Origin: Candidatus Krumholzibacteriia bacterium
Lineage (GTDB): Bacteria > Krumholzibacteriota > Krumholzibacteriia > JAJRXK01
Assembly: GCA_041484665.1 (NCBI GenBank)
Contig: JBGPIA010000001.1
Location: 813,296-877,295 of the forward strand
Reading direction: 5' to 3'
DNA length: 64,000 nucleotides
The notes below the pieces were generated by a model. It ran no database searches and was not told the origin of the DNA. It worked only from the letters and a program-made list of their open reading frames with translations. The translations under genes and the position numbers were made by a program. Below, piece after piece: positions 38,445 through 50,200 of this stretch. Position 1 is the first letter of the stretch; each line of letters starts with the position of its first letter.

Positions 38445-41246
38445 ATGATGCACTCACGATTCTTTGGACTGGCCGCGCTTGCGCTCGTTGCGCTGGGCGG
38501 CACCTCCCTCTGCTTCGCAGCCGAGCCCCGCATGATGACCTCCCTCGAGGGGATCAACGAGTACGTGCTGGACAACGGCCTGCAGGTGCTGTTGTACCCG
38601 GATGACTCCAAGCCCACGGTCACCGTGAACGCGACGTACCTGGTCGGATCGCGGCACGAGGGCTACGGCGAGACCGGGATGGCTCACCTGCTCGAGCACA
38701 TGCTGTTCAAGGGGACGCCCAAGCATTCGCAGATCTGGAAGGAGCTCCAGGAACACGGCGCCCAGTTCAACGGCTCGACCTGGTTCGACCGGACGAACTA
38801 TTTCGAGACGATGCCCGCGACCCCGGAGAATCTCGAGTTCGGCCTCAATCTGGAGGCCGATCGCATGGTCAACAGTTTCGTGGCGAAGAAGGACCTCGAC
38901 TCCGAGTTCTCGGTGGTGCGCAACGAGTTCGAGATCGGAGAGAACAGGCCCACCGACGTCCTCTCCGAGCGAGTGATGTCCACGGCCTATCTGTGGCACA
39001 ACTACGGCAAGTCGACCATCGGCTCGCGCGAGGACATCGAGCGGGTTCCGATCGAGCGGCTCCAGGCCTTCTACAAGAAATTCTACCAGCCTGACAACTG
39101 CGTGCTGATCGTGGCCGGGAAGTTCGACCCGAAGCAGACGCTTGCGCAAGTCAACACGGTCTTTGGTGCGACGCCGCGGCCCACGCGCACGCTCGAACCG
39201 ACCTACACCTGGGAGCCGACCCAGGACGGCGAGCGGGAAGTGACACTGCGCCGCGTCGGCGACACCCAGGCGCTCGACGTCGTCTACCATGTCTGCGCCG
39301 GAGCCCACGCGGACTTCGCCCCGGTCCAGGTGCTGGCGGACATCCTGGCCACTGAGCAGACGGGCCGCCTCTACAAGGCCCTGGTAGAGCCAGGGCTGGC
39401 GACGCGCGTATCAGCCCACAGCCAGGCCCTCCACGACCCGGGAGTGATCGAGATCGAGGTCGAGGCTCGTCTCGATCAATCGGCTCCCGAGATCCGCCAT
39501 CGCCTGGCGGAGGTGCTCGACAACCTCGGCCATGAGACGTTCACGCAAGAGGAGGTGGACCGGGCGAAAAACGCCTCCTCCAAGAACTTCAACACGCTCA
39601 TCAACGACAGCAATCGCATTGGCGTCTCGCTGAGCGAATCGGCGGCGATGGGCGACTGGCGGCTCTTGTTCTGGAACCGGGATCGCATTGCGCAGGTCAC
39701 GCCGGCGGACGTGCAACGGGTCGCTGCGCGCTATCTCAAGCCCAGCAACCGGACGATCGGAACGTTCATCCCCGACAAGACGCCTGACCGCTCCGAGATC
39801 CCGCCCACGCCGGACGTCGCGACGCTCCTGAAGGATTACCACGGAGGCGCCGAGGTGGCGAAGGGGGCCGCGTTCGAGGCGACCTACGCGGGCATCGAGG
39901 CGCACACGCAGCGCTCGAAGCTGCCCTTCGGAATGAAGCTGGCGCTCGTCCCGAAGGAGACCCGCAACAACCACGTCAATGTCGTCCTGAACCTCCGCTA
40001 CGGTTCGGAGAAGGATCTCACGGGCAAGACGGAGGCGGCAGCATTCGTCCCCACGATGCTGATGCGCGGGACGACCAAGCATACCCGCCGCGAGATCCAG
40101 GACGCCTTCGATGCGCTCAAGGCGCAAGTGCGCTTCGGCGGCTTCGGGGGCGCCGGCCGCGGGCGGATGATGGGCATGGGCAACGGCCTGGGAACCCCCG
40201 GGGTCATCGACGTGTCGATCGAGTGCAGCCGGGAGACGCTCGCGAAGGTGCTCGACCTGGTCGCGGAGGTGCTGCGCCAGCCGGCGTTCCCGGCGGACGA
40301 GTTCGAGACGCTGAAGAAAGAGACGCTTGCCGGAATCGAGCAGCAGATCTCCGAGCCGATGCCTCTGGTGATGGTCGAGGTGCAGCGTCGATTGAATCCC
40401 TATCCCGCGACCGACGTCCGCTACGTTGCGAAGCTGCCCGAGCAGGCCGAGCGGATCAAGGCCGTGACGCTGGACCAGGTGAAGGCGGTCTACGCGAGCC
40501 TCGTGGGAGCCAGCTTCTCTGAGGCGGCCGCGGTCGGCGACTTCGATGCCAGCCAATTCACTGCCTCGCTCACACAGCACTTCAGCGACTGGAAGAGCCC
40601 CAAGCCGTTCGAGCGGATCGTGAGGCCCTACAAGGCCACGGCGGCGGACTCGCTGGTCATCGACACGCCCGACAAGGCGAACTCGTTGTTCGCCATGGGA
40701 ATGGCACTGGAGATCCGCGACGATGATCCGGACTACCCGGCACTGTTCATGGCCAACTACATCCTGGGGGGCAGCGCCAGCTCGCGCTTCCTCAATCGCA
40801 TCCGGCAGAAGGAAGGGCTCTCCTATACGTGCGGCACGGGGGTCCAGGCCGGCGCGCAGGATCGCAACGGCACGTTTATGGGCTTCGGCATGTGCGCCCC
40901 GCAGAACGCCGAGAAAGCGCTGGCGTGTGGTCGCGAGGAGCTTTCGAAGCTGCTGCGGGAAGGAGTCGCTGGCCCGGAGCTGGACGATGCCAAAAAGGGC
41001 TATGCGCAACAGGTGGAGGTCCAGCTTGCCAACGATTCCATGGTGGCGATGCAGCTCGCGCAGGGCCTCTTCCTTGATCGCACGCTGAAGTTCAACGACG
41101 ACCAGCAGAAGAAGATCGAGGCGCTCAAGGCGCAGGACGTCCCGGCGACCCTCGGCAAGTACGTGAAGCCCCAGAAGCTCGTGCTCATCCGCGCGGGCGA
41201 CTTCTCCAAAAAGGCCGCCCCGCCGCAGCAGGCGACGGGCGGGTGA
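38445..41246 (+). CDS. M16 (pitrilysin/insulinase) family zinc peptidase, two fused M16 modules, secreted
   Basis: HLLEHMLFKGT (inverted HxxEH zinc motif), signal peptide MMHSRFFGLAALALVALGGTSLCFAA, second inactive-type module in the C-terminal half. Confidence 0.9.
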   Translation: MMHSRFFGLAALALVALGGTSLCFAAEPRMMTSLEGINEYVLDNGLQVLLYPDDSKPTVTVNATYLVGSRHEGYGETGMAHLLEHMLFKGTPKHSQIWKELQEHGAQFNGSTWFDRTNYFETMPATPENLEFGLNLEADRMVNSFVAKKDLDSEFSVVRNEFEIGENRPTDVLSERVMSTAYLWHNYGKSTIGSREDIERVPIERLQAFYKKFYQPDNCVLIVAGKFDPKQTLAQVNTVFGATPRPTRTLEPTYTWEPTQDGEREVTLRRVGDTQALDVVYHVCAGAHADFAPVQVLADILATEQTGRLYKALVEPGLATRVSAHSQALHDPGVIEIEVEARLDQSAPEIRHRLAEVLDNLGHETFTQEEVDRAKNASSKNFNTLINDSNRIGVSLSESAAMGDWRLLFWNRDRIAQVTPADVQRVAARYLKPSNRTIGTFIPDKTPDRSEIPPTPDVATLLKDYHGGAEVAKGAAFEATYAGIEAHTQRSKLPFGMKLALVPKETRNNHVNVVLNLRYGSEKDLTGKTEAAAFVPTMLMRGTTKHTRREIQDAFDALKAQVRFGGFGGAGRGRMMGMGNGLGTPGVIDVSIECSRETLAKVLDLVAEVLRQPAFPADEFETLKKETLAGIEQQISEPMPLVMVEVQRRLNPYPATDVRYVAKLPEQAERIKAVTLDQVKAVYASLVGASFSEAAAVGDFDASQFTASLTQHFSDWKSPKPFERIVRPYKATAADSLVIDTPDKANSLFAMGMALEIRDDDPDYPALFMANYILGGSASSRFLNRIRQKEGLSYTCGTGVQAGAQDRNGTFMGFGMCAPQNAEKALACGREELSKLLREGVAGPELDDAKKGYAQQVEVQLANDSMVAMQLAQGLFLDRTLKFNDDQQKKIEALKAQDVPATLGKYVKPQKLVLIRAGDFSKKAAPPQQATGG

Positions 41247-41367
41247 TCCGCAGCGGATGACTGCCGGTGGACGAGTCTGGGCGTTTCTGTCTCGGCGTAC
41301 GCGCCAGGCCGCAACAGGCCCGGCCTGGAGTCGGCGACGGCGATTGCGCCACCCGTGATCGAGCCGT

Positions 41368-41700
41368 TCAACTGCGGGCGCGGCGCGGAACAACCCGCGC
41401 CGCGTCCCCGGGCTGCGGCAAGCGCGGCTCCACGGTCACAGCCACCGTGGCGCCGATCCAGGCCTTTGCCGCCGCCTGGAGCTTTGCATCGACCGGCATC
41501 CAGAAGCGTCCCGAGCGCGCAACGATGAAGCTCTCGAACGGCACCCCGTTCAAGCGGCCCCGGACCGCGTGGCCCCGCCGGCCACGCCACAGCGCGCGAG
41601 CAGGGATTCCCCAGCGCTTCGACGGATCGAAGGGCGCCTCGACGGCCGCTCCCTTGTGACCGTCCAAGATCACACCCTTGAATTGCGTCGTCTTCATCAT
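41368..41700 (-). CDS. DUF1905 domain protein
   Basis: KGVILDGHKGAAVEAPFDPSKRWG...VRGRLNGVPFESFIVARSGRFWMPVDAKLQAAAKAWIGATVAV fits the DUF1905 pattern. Confidence 0.65.
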   Translation of the reverse strand: MMKTTQFKGVILDGHKGAAVEAPFDPSKRWGIPARALWRGRRGHAVRGRLNGVPFESFIVARSGRFWMPVDAKLQAAAKAWIGATVAVTVEPRLPQPGDAARVVPRRARS

Positions 41701-41768
41701 TCGTCCTTGCGATCATTCTACCGCGCTGCCACGGTCGCTCGCTCGCGCGCTGGACCCGTCCGCGGCGA

Positions 41769-42980
41769 TCATCGACCGAGTCCCCTGCCCGTCACCAAGT
41801 ACACTGCGAAGCTCCCGAGCCAGTGGCCTCCCTCGTAGTGCTCGCCGGTCACGGCTTCCAGACCGGTGCGGCGGTGCGCCTGCGCTGCGGCTCGGATCGC
41901 CGCGAGGCGCGGATCGCCCGCGGGCAGCCCGCTGGCGATCCCCTCGAGCATCCACGCGCGGCTCAGGTTCAGGCCATCCAGGTGCGCGAGCTTGGGATCG
42001 GCGCGATCGGTGACCTCGGCCACCGGTAGCCACCCTACCGAGCCGTCCTCCGCAATGCCAGGAAGGAAGCCGTGGAGCCAGACCGCGAACTCGTTGGGCG
42101 CAAGGACGCGCCGCATCAGGTCGGCCTCGCCCAGGCAAGGCGAGAGGAAGTCCTGCCCCGAAGGCTCGAAGCTCAGATTGCAGCCGCAATCGTGCAGGTG
42201 GAACGCGCGCGCTTTCGCGACGACGAGCGTGGCGAGTGACTCCGCCGGCGCCGCGCCCGCGGCGCCGGCGCCACCGGTGGTGCCCGCCGCGCGGGCGCCG
42301 AGAACGGTCCGGGTCCAATCGAGAACCAGCCCCAGTGAGAACGCCGTCTGGTCGTGCTCGCCGATACGGATCGGGTAGCGCAGCTTCGGCAGCCACACGA
42401 TGAAGCGTGCTGCGGCCTCCGCCTCGAGCGGCTCGAGCGCGGCTGCCCAGCGTCGCGCGACAGGGTCATCCCACTCGTGCAGCTCGGCGCAGAGCTGCAA
42501 CAGCCACGCGAGCCCGTAGGGTCGCTCGAACGAAGCGCGCCCCGACCCGTGCAGGTAGGCGACCTCGCGGGCGATCTTCTCGGGGGTCAGGCTCTTGTCG
42601 AGCGCTGCGCGCGCCTGCGCGGCAAACGGTGCGTCTGGAAACGAGCGTACGATCCGTACCAGCAGCCAGTGTCCGTGCACCGAGGAGTGCCAGTCGTAGC
42701 AGCCGCAGAATGCGGGCGTGAGCTCCCGCGGCGGCGCCAGGTCGGCGTCGCTCTGCATGACGTGCGCGATCTTGTTGGGGTACTCGCGCCCGACGCAGTC
42801 GAGCGCGAGTCGGGCGAAGCGCTCGACGGCGGCGGGATCGAGCGCCGGAGCAGTCCCGGCGGCTTTGGCCGTGGTGGACCCAGCCGACAAGGAGAGGGCA
42901 GCGCAGACCAAGACAGCGAAGGAAAAGGCAGCCCGCGAGATCGCCGCAGCGAGCCAAGCCGTACGGACTCTCACGCTCAT
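41769..42980 (-). CDS. DUF2891 domain protein (secreted)
   Basis: Signature CGCYDWHSSVHGHW and a second HDCGCN motif. Signal peptide. Confidence 0.7.
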   Translation of the reverse strand: MSVRVRTAWLAAAISRAAFSFAVLVCAALSLSAGSTTAKAAGTAPALDPAAVERFARLALDCVGREYPNKIAHVMQSDADLAPPRELTPAFCGCYDWHSSVHGHWLLVRIVRSFPDAPFAAQARAALDKSLTPEKIAREVAYLHGSGRASFERPYGLAWLLQLCAELHEWDDPVARRWAAALEPLEAEAAARFIVWLPKLRYPIRIGEHDQTAFSLGLVLDWTRTVLGARAAGTTGGAGAAGAAPAESLATLVVAKARAFHLHDCGCNLSFEPSGQDFLSPCLGEADLMRRVLAPNEFAVWLHGFLPGIAEDGSVGWLPVAEVTDRADPKLAHLDGLNLSRAWMLEGIASGLPAGDPRLAAIRAAAQAHRRTGLEAVTGEHYEGGHWLGSFAVYLVTGRGLGR

Positions 42981-43294
42981 CCTCCCGGTGTTTCGAATCG
43001 GTGCCCCACGCCTGGTGATCCAAGATCAGCGCACGCCGGCCAAAGGGAGACGATCTCGCCTTTGCCACCGGCCACGCCTTGGGCCAGCTGCATCAGGAGA
43101 CTCTACCGCGGCGTGGCCGCCTTGGGAAACCGCAGAGGGGCACGGCCGGGTGATCTCCCTTGGGCACCGCAGCGGCGGACGGCGAGCGGGCATCGCAGCA
43201 CATCAGATCACATTTTCGGTGGATACGCGGCGCTTCCCCATGGGCGTATGGTGGTTCGGTCGCGCACCCGACCTGCGCACGAGGAGATAACGAG

Positions 43295-43876
43295 ATGAAG
43301 ATCCCCCGGAACCAGATGCTGGCCGTGGCCGTGGCCCTGGGCCTTTGGACTCCGTTCTTCATCGGCTGCGAGGAGAGCGCTACGAGCCCGAAGCAGGCGG
43401 GTGGAAAGCTGCTGGGAGAATTCTCGCTGGTCGTCGCCGGCACGGGCGAGGAGCTGCCCGCCAGCACGTGGGAGGGGAAACTGCTCGTCCTGGTGTTCGA
43501 GCGGCCCACCTGCATCCACTGCGTGCGAGCTGCACCCTCCCTGCAGGACACGATCTGTTGCCTCTACGAGTCCCGCGGCGTGCAGCTCGTCGCCGTGTGC
43601 ACCAGTACGGGGATCTCCGATAGCACGCTCGTGGATTTCGCCCGGCGCAATGGCTGGACGTTTCCGACGTGCAGGGCCAACGCGCCCTTGATGGCGCACA
43701 TCGGGGTCCAGTTCGTGCCGTTCGTCGCCTTGCTGGATCGCGACGGAGTGCTGGTCTACAAAGACAGCTACGACAGCAACCTCATCCACGACAGCGACGT
43801 GAGCGCGCTGCGGCGCAAGCTCGATGAGTTGCTGGCGCCCCACCCGCTCCTCGCGCCGGCGGGGACAAGCGGTTGA
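43295..43876 (+). CDS. TlpA-like thioredoxin-fold lipoprotein (redoxin family)
   Basis: Lipobox FFIGC. Redox motif RPTCIHCVRAAP (C-x-x-C). GAGGAG RBS. Confidence 0.75.
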   Translation: MKIPRNQMLAVAVALGLWTPFFIGCEESATSPKQAGGKLLGEFSLVVAGTGEELPASTWEGKLLVLVFERPTCIHCVRAAPSLQDTICCLYESRGVQLVAVCTSTGISDSTLVDFARRNGWTFPTCRANAPLMAHIGVQFVPFVALLDRDGVLVYKDSYDSNLIHDSDVSALRRKLDELLAPHPLLAPAGTSG

Positions 43877-44204
43877 CGAATGGAGGATTCCGTCTGCGCT
43901 GCGGTGCAGCCGCGTCGCTTCGACCCATGAGGGAGACGGGCGCCCCGCGGTGGCCCCGCCAGGCGTCCCCGCTCGGGACCGTCACCAACTGCCCCTCCAC
44001 CACCACTTCCTACCGCTTCGTATCTCTGCCGTCGCCAGCTCACACCCGCGCTCGCTGTCCCACTGCGCCAGCGCGATCGGCGCCGCGTAAGCCAAGGCAG
44101 GCAACGGCGCCCTCTTGTGCTAGGGTCTGCCTGCTCGTACGACCGGACTCGCTCGGGCCGGTGAGTTGCAACCCACTGACTCGAGCCGACTGGAGGTGAC
44201 CTCG

Positions 44205-45221
44205 ATGACCGAAGGCGGATTCGGACGACCCCACGATCCTCGCAGGATCGATCCCCGCAGCTTCAAGATTCCCGGCTTGGGCCAGGGCTGGCGCGTTCTG
44301 GCTCTGGCCGTCGTCGCGCTGGCGCTCCTGTTCTCGAGCTTCTACACCGTCGACCCCGAGCAGATCGGCGTCGTCCAGCGCTTTGGGCGCTACGTGCGCA
44401 GCTCCGACCCCGGGCTCCACCTGCGGCTGCCCCTGGGCATCGAGCGGGTCACGAAGGTCCCGGTGCAGCGGCAGCTCAAGGAGGAATTCGGGTTCCGTAC
44501 CCTGCGCTCCGACATCCGCAGCCAGTTCACCACCCAGGGGCATGAGGGCGAGTCGAACATGCTGACCGGCGACCTCAACGCCGCGATGGTGGAGTGGGTC
44601 GTGCAGTACCGGATCGTGGATCCGTACAAGTACCTGTTCCGTGTGCGCGCAGTACAGAACACCTTCCGCGATATCTCCGAGGCGGTGATGCGCAAGGTGA
44701 TCGGCGACCGAACCGTCAACGAGGTGCTGACCGTCGGGCGGTCGGAGGTCGCCACGCTGGCGGAGGCCGGGATCCGGCACCTGTGCGATCAGTACGAGAC
44801 CGGCATCAAGGTCGACCAGGTGGTGTTGCAGGACGTCAACCCGCCGGACCAGGTCAAGCCGTCCTTCAATGAGGTGAACCAGGCACAGCAGGAGCGCGAG
44901 AAGCTCATCAACGAGGCGCAGTCGGAATACAACAAGGTGATCCCGCGCGCGTCCGGAGAGGCCGAGCAGACGATCCAGCAAGCACAGGGCTACGCCCTCG
45001 ATCGCGTCAACCGGTCCCGGGGTGACGCGACGCGCTTCCTGGCGGTCTACGAGGCGTACCGCCAGGCCCCCGACGTGACCCGCAAGCGCATCTACCTGGA
45101 AACGATGGGACAGCTCCTGCCCAAGGTGCAGAGGAAGGTCATCGTGGACGACCAGCTGCGCAGCGTGCTGCCGCTGCTGAACCTCGAGCCCGCCAAGCGG
45201 GCGGCTGGAGGTGTGAAATGA
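44205..45221 (+). CDS. hflK: Protease modulator HflK
   Basis: SPFH core plus the HflK-type C-terminal region. 4-nt overlap with hflC. Confidence 0.85.
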   Translation: MTEGGFGRPHDPRRIDPRSFKIPGLGQGWRVLALAVVALALLFSSFYTVDPEQIGVVQRFGRYVRSSDPGLHLRLPLGIERVTKVPVQRQLKEEFGFRTLRSDIRSQFTTQGHEGESNMLTGDLNAAMVEWVVQYRIVDPYKYLFRVRAVQNTFRDISEAVMRKVIGDRTVNEVLTVGRSEVATLAEAGIRHLCDQYETGIKVDQVVLQDVNPPDQVKPSFNEVNQAQQEREKLINEAQSEYNKVIPRASGEAEQTIQQAQGYALDRVNRSRGDATRFLAVYEAYRQAPDVTRKRIYLETMGQLLPKVQRKVIVDDQLRSVLPLLNLEPAKRAAGGVK

Positions 45222-46159
45222 GGGCCATCATCGCCGTCTTCGCGGGCTTCCTCCTGCTGATCGGGCTGGCCAACACATTTTATTCCGTCAACGAGTACGA
45301 GCAGGTGATCCTTACGCAGTTCGGCCGTCCGGTCAGCCAGCCGGTGAATACGCCCGGGCTGAAGGCGCGCACCCCGTTCATCCAGAAGATCCACCGCTTC
45401 GAGAAGCGTTTCCTGGAATGGGACGGCGACGCCAACCAGCTGCCGACGAAGGACAAGCGCTTCATCTGGGTGGATGCCTATGCCCGCTGGCGCATCACCG
45501 ATCCGCTGCTCTTCTTCCAGCGCTTGCGCGACGAGCGCGGCGCCCAGACTCGGCTCGACGACATCCTCGACGGCGAAACGCGCAACGCCATCGCCAACCA
45601 TGACCTGGTCGAGGTCATCCGTAGTTCCAACCGCAAGCCCTTCAGTGAGGGGATCGACTCGCTCGACACGGGGGGAGTGCTGGACTCGATTCGGGTGGGC
45701 CGCGACGCGATCCGCACCGAAATCCTGGCCAAAGCGCAGTCGCGCACCAGCGATCTGGGGATCGAGATCCTCGACGTGCAGTTCAAGCGCATCAACTACG
45801 TAACGGAGGTCCAGTCCAAGGTCTACGAGCGCATGATCTCGGAGCGCCGCCGCATAGCCGACCGTTTCCGCTCCCAGGGCGAGGGCGAGGCGTCGCGCAT
45901 CCGCGGCGAGCGGGAGCGCGAGCTCAAGCGCATCCAATCGGAAGCGTACCGCACGGCGTTCGAGATCATGGGCAAGGCCGACGCGGAGGCGAGCCGGATC
46001 TACGCCGACGCCTTCAACCGCTCCGCGGAAACGCGCGATTTCTACGAGTTCATCAAGACCATGGAGACGTACCCGAGCGCGTTGGATTCGTCGAGCACGC
46101 TGGTGCTGTCCACCGAGGGGGACTTCTACAAATACCTGAAGGGGTCGGGCAAGCGCTGA
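45218..46159 (+). CDS. hflC: Protease modulator HflC
   Basis: N-terminal TM, SPFH core, coiled-coil C-terminus. Pairs with hflK. Confidence 0.85.
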   Translation: MRAIIAVFAGFLLLIGLANTFYSVNEYEQVILTQFGRPVSQPVNTPGLKARTPFIQKIHRFEKRFLEWDGDANQLPTKDKRFIWVDAYARWRITDPLLFFQRLRDERGAQTRLDDILDGETRNAIANHDLVEVIRSSNRKPFSEGIDSLDTGGVLDSIRVGRDAIRTEILAKAQSRTSDLGIEILDVQFKRINYVTEVQSKVYERMISERRRIADRFRSQGEGEASRIRGERERELKRIQSEAYRTAFEIMGKADAEASRIYADAFNRSAETRDFYEFIKTMETYPSALDSSSTLVLSTEGDFYKYLKGSGKR

Positions 46160-46289
46160 GCGCCGGGCTCGCAGACTTCTCGCCTTTGCGCGCAGAGCTC
46201 CGGCCGCTGCGCGACGCGACGCGTCGGCGATGCTGGTGCGCGCCGCGCCGCCGTGCCGGTGCGCAGGCGCGCAGGTTGCGGGCCCCGCC

Positions 46290-46904
46290 TCACTCGGGCT
46301 TGCGCACAGCCGCCTTGGAGAGGGCGGCCGTCGCCTTGTCGGGCATCGTGCCGGCGCTGCGCACGACCCACTCGAGACGGACCCTGGCGCTCTCGTAGTT
46401 TCCGGCCTGGGCGTCGCCTTGCGCCTCCTGTAGAGTGCTGGTGAGCGACACCAAGTCGCTGCGGAGCGCGTCAACCATCGCCCGGTTGCCGCGGCTGATC
46501 GGCACGCCCTCCACGGTCGCGGTGGCGCTGTCCACGGCGGCCTGTGCCTGGGCCATCATCGCCGCGACCTCGGCGCGCAGCCGTTGTTGCTGCGTCTGCA
46601 TGTTCGCTTTGGCCTCGGTGACGGCTTGCTTGCCCAGCTGCGTGGCGAGCTCGAACAGGCGCCGCGAGCGGCCGTAGCGCCGCGCCAGCGTGCTCCTCTC
46701 ACTCTGCTGCTGCATCGCCGTAACGGCGGCCGCGAACGTGTCGGCGGCGGCATGGAAGGTCGCAGCAGCGTAGTAGTCGGCCTCGACAGTGCGCGCAGCA
46801 TCCAAAGCGGCGTTGGCCGCGTGCATCTCGGTTTGGGGGGCGTCGCTGCAGCCGGCGGCGGCAGCCAGAGCCAGGGCGGCAATCGCAGAGGTGAGAAGCC
46901 TCAT
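46290..46904 (-). CDS. Helical lipoprotein (DUF4398-like)
   Basis: Lipobox LAAAAGC. Ala/Gln-rich helical repeats. Weak family assignment. Confidence 0.5.
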   Translation of the reverse strand: MRLLTSAIAALALAAAAGCSDAPQTEMHAANAALDAARTVEADYYAAATFHAAADTFAAAVTAMQQQSERSTLARRYGRSRRLFELATQLGKQAVTEAKANMQTQQQRLRAEVAAMMAQAQAAVDSATATVEGVPISRGNRAMVDALRSDLVSLTSTLQEAQGDAQAGNYESARVRLEWVVRSAGTMPDKATAALSKAAVRKPE

Positions 46905-47242
46905 GGGTCTGCGGGTCCCTCGGGAATCCTCGGTTCGTGGCGCCGCGGCGCGGGCGGGCACCGGTTGCTGCCCGTTCCAGGGCAACCGAGCCCGAGTGAC
47001 GGCCGGCGACACGGATGACGGCCGGCGCAAAAGGTCATGCATCGGCGCCAAATGTCAAGAGGCTCGGCCGCTCCCGGCCCTGCGGTACCCGTGGGCCCGC
47101 CGCGGCAAGGGCGCGCCCGGGCCTGTGAATCCGAGCCGGCGGGGCCGCTGGGGGGTCCAGGCCTCGCAACCGCATGCGTGGGGTGAGGTCCCTTGACCCT
47201 GCTCCCGCCGCTTCTTTACCCTGAAGAGCCCCCCGGGACGCC

Positions 47243-50200
47243 ATGCCACTGGCCACCTTCCACCCCGCCGTCGCCGCCTGGTTCGCCCAGCGCTTTGCGG
47301 CGCCCACGCCCGCGCAGGCGGCGGCGTGGCCGTCGATCCGCGCCGGCTGCCACACCCTGATCGCCGCGCCCACGGGATCGGGCAAGACGCTGGCTGCGTT
47401 CCTGGCCGCCATCGACGCGCTGGTGGAAGCGGCCCAGCGGGGGGAGCTGGCTGACACCACGCAGGTCGTCTACGTTTCACCGCTGAAGGCGCTTGCCAGC
47501 GACATCCAGCGCAACCTGCAGGAGCCCCTGGAGGGCATCCGCGAGCAGCTCACGCGCATGGGGCTGCCCGACGCGCCGATCCGCACTCTGGTGCGCAGCG
47601 GCGACACGCCGGCCTGGCAGCGGCAGACCATGGCGCGGCGCCCGCCGCACATTCTGGTCACCACGCCCGAGTCACTCTACATCCTGCTCACCAGCGCCTC
47701 GGGCCGCCGCATGCTCGCCACCGCGCGCACGGTGATCGTTGATGAGATCCACGCCGTGCTCGCGGACAAACGCGGCTCACACCTGGCGCTCAGTCTGGAG
47801 CGACTGGAGGAGCTCGCGCAACGGCCGCTCGTGCGCATCGGGCTCTCGGCCACGCAGCGACCGATCGCGGAGGTCGCACGCTTCCTGGTCGGCTGCGGCT
47901 CGCTGACAAAGGATGGCGCGCCGGGTTGCGCCATCGTCGACGCCGGCCACCGCCGCGACCTCGACTTGCAGATCGAGCTGCCGCGCTCGCCGTTGTCGGC
48001 CGTGATGGAGGGCGAAGTCTGGGAGGAAACCTACGATCGCCTTGCCCAGCTCGTGGGCGAGCACCGCACGACGTTGATCTTCGTGAACACGCGCCGGATG
48101 GCCGAGCGCGTCAGCCGCCACCTCGGCGAGCGGCTGGGCGAGGACGTTGTCGCCGCGCACCACGGCAGCCTCTCCCGGCAGCGGCGGCAGGCTGTGGAGC
48201 AGCGCCTGAAGGCCGGCGAGCTGCGCGCGCTCGTGGCGACCGCCTCCCTGGAGCTGGGCGTCGACATCGGCGCCGTGGATCTGGTCTGCACTGTGGGCTC
48301 CACGCGCGCGATCGCCACGCTGCTGCAGCGCGTGGGACGCTCGGGCCACTTCCTGGCCGGGCTGCCCAAGGGACGGCTCTTCCCCCTCAGCCGCGACGAG
48401 CTGGTGGAGAGCGCCGCCCTGATGGCTGCCGTGCGCGCCGGCGAGCTCGAGGAGTTGCGGATCCCTCCGCAGCCGCTGGATATCCTGGCCCAACAGATGG
48501 TGGCCGCCGTGGCCTGCCGCGACTATGGGGAGGAAGAGCTCTTCGCGCTCGTGCGCCGCGCGTACCCGTACCGCGATCTCACGCGGGTGGAGTTCGACGC
48601 CATCGTGCAGATGCTGGCCGAGGGCTTCCACACGCGCCGTGGCCGGCGCGGGGCGCTCCTGCACCACGACGTCGTGCACGGGAGGCTGCGCGCGCGGCGG
48701 GGCGCGAGGCTGCTGGCGATGACCTCGGGCGGCGCGATCCCGGACACTGCCGATTACAGCGTGGTGCTGCAGACCAGCGGCACGGTCGTGGGCACGCTCA
48801 ACGAGGACTTCGCGATCGAGAGCGCGCCGGGCGATGTGTTCCAGCTCGGCGACAGCAGCTGGCGTATCCTGCGCGTGCAGCAGGGGCGGGTGCTGGTCGA
48901 CGACGCGCGCGGCGCGCCGCCGTCGATCCCCTTCTGGCTCGGCGAGGCTCCCGGACGCAGCGCCCAATTGTCCGCTGCCGTGTCACGCCTGCGCGCCGAC
49001 GTCCAGCGTTGGCTCGAAGAGGCCGCTGACGATCCGGCGGCCGCCATCGCGTGCACGGCCGAGGCGCTGGCCGACGCCACGGGGATCGGCCGCGCTGCGG
49101 CCGAGCAGGTCGCGGGATACCTTGCGGCCGGGCGTGCGGCGCTCGGCGCGCTCCCGACGCAGCAGCACTTGATCCTGGAGCGCTTCTTCGACGAAGCGGG
49201 GGATATGCACCTGGTGCTGCATGCCCCGTTCGGCAGCCGACTCAACCGCGCGTGGGGCCTGGCGTTGCGCAAGCGCTTCTGCCGCGCGTTCAACTTCGAG
49301 CTGCAGGCCGCCGCTACCGAAGACTCCATCGTACTGTCTCTGGGACCCACGCACAGCTTTCCGGTAGCCGACGTATTTCGCTACCTGCACTCCAGCAGCG
49401 CGCGCGAAGTGCTGACGCAGGCCTTGCTGGAGGCGCCGATGTTCCCCACGCGCTGGCGTTGGAACGCCACGCGATCCCTGGCGCTACCACGCTGGCGCAG
49501 CGGCCGCAGGGTCGCTGCCCCGCTGCAGCGCATGCAGGCGGAGGACCTGCTCGCTGTCGTGTTCCCCGATCAGCTGGCCTGTGCCGAGAACGTCCCCGGC
49601 GATCGCGACATCCCCGACCATCCGCTGGTGCAGCAGACGGTGCGCGACTGCCTCACCGAGGCCATGGACGTCAGCGCGCTGGAGGGGCTGCTGCGCCAGA
49701 TCGAAGCCGGCGAAGTCCGCTGCTCGGCGGTCGAGCTGACGGAGCCATCGCCGCTCGCCCACGAGGTGCTCGGCGCACGGCCCTACGCCTTCCTCGACGA
49801 CGCGCCCCTGGAGGAGCGCCGCACGCGCGCTGTGGCGACGCGCCGCTGGATCGACACCGCCGGTGCCGCGGACCTGGGCCGGCTGGACGCGGCCGCCATC
49901 GCCAGCGTGCGGGCCGAGGCCTGGCCGGCGCCCCGTGATGCCGACGAGCTGCACGACGCGCTGGTCGTGGCGGGGTTCGTGACCGCGCAGGAAGGGCGTG
50001 ACAGCGGATGGCAGCCGCTCTTCAACATCCTGCGTGGCGACGGGAGCGCGACGCTGCTGCGGGCGCCCGCCCCTGGACACGAGGTGTGGCTGGCCGCGGA
50101 GCGCTTGGACCAGGCACGCGCCGCCTGGCCGCAGGCCGCGCTCGATCCGCCGCTCGCGCCTCTGCCGCGGCGCTCGCCGACGACGTGGAACGCACAGACT

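Noticed and set aside
39411-41393. 660-aa minus-strand ORF
   Set aside because: Antisense to the M16 peptidase gene; biased composition.
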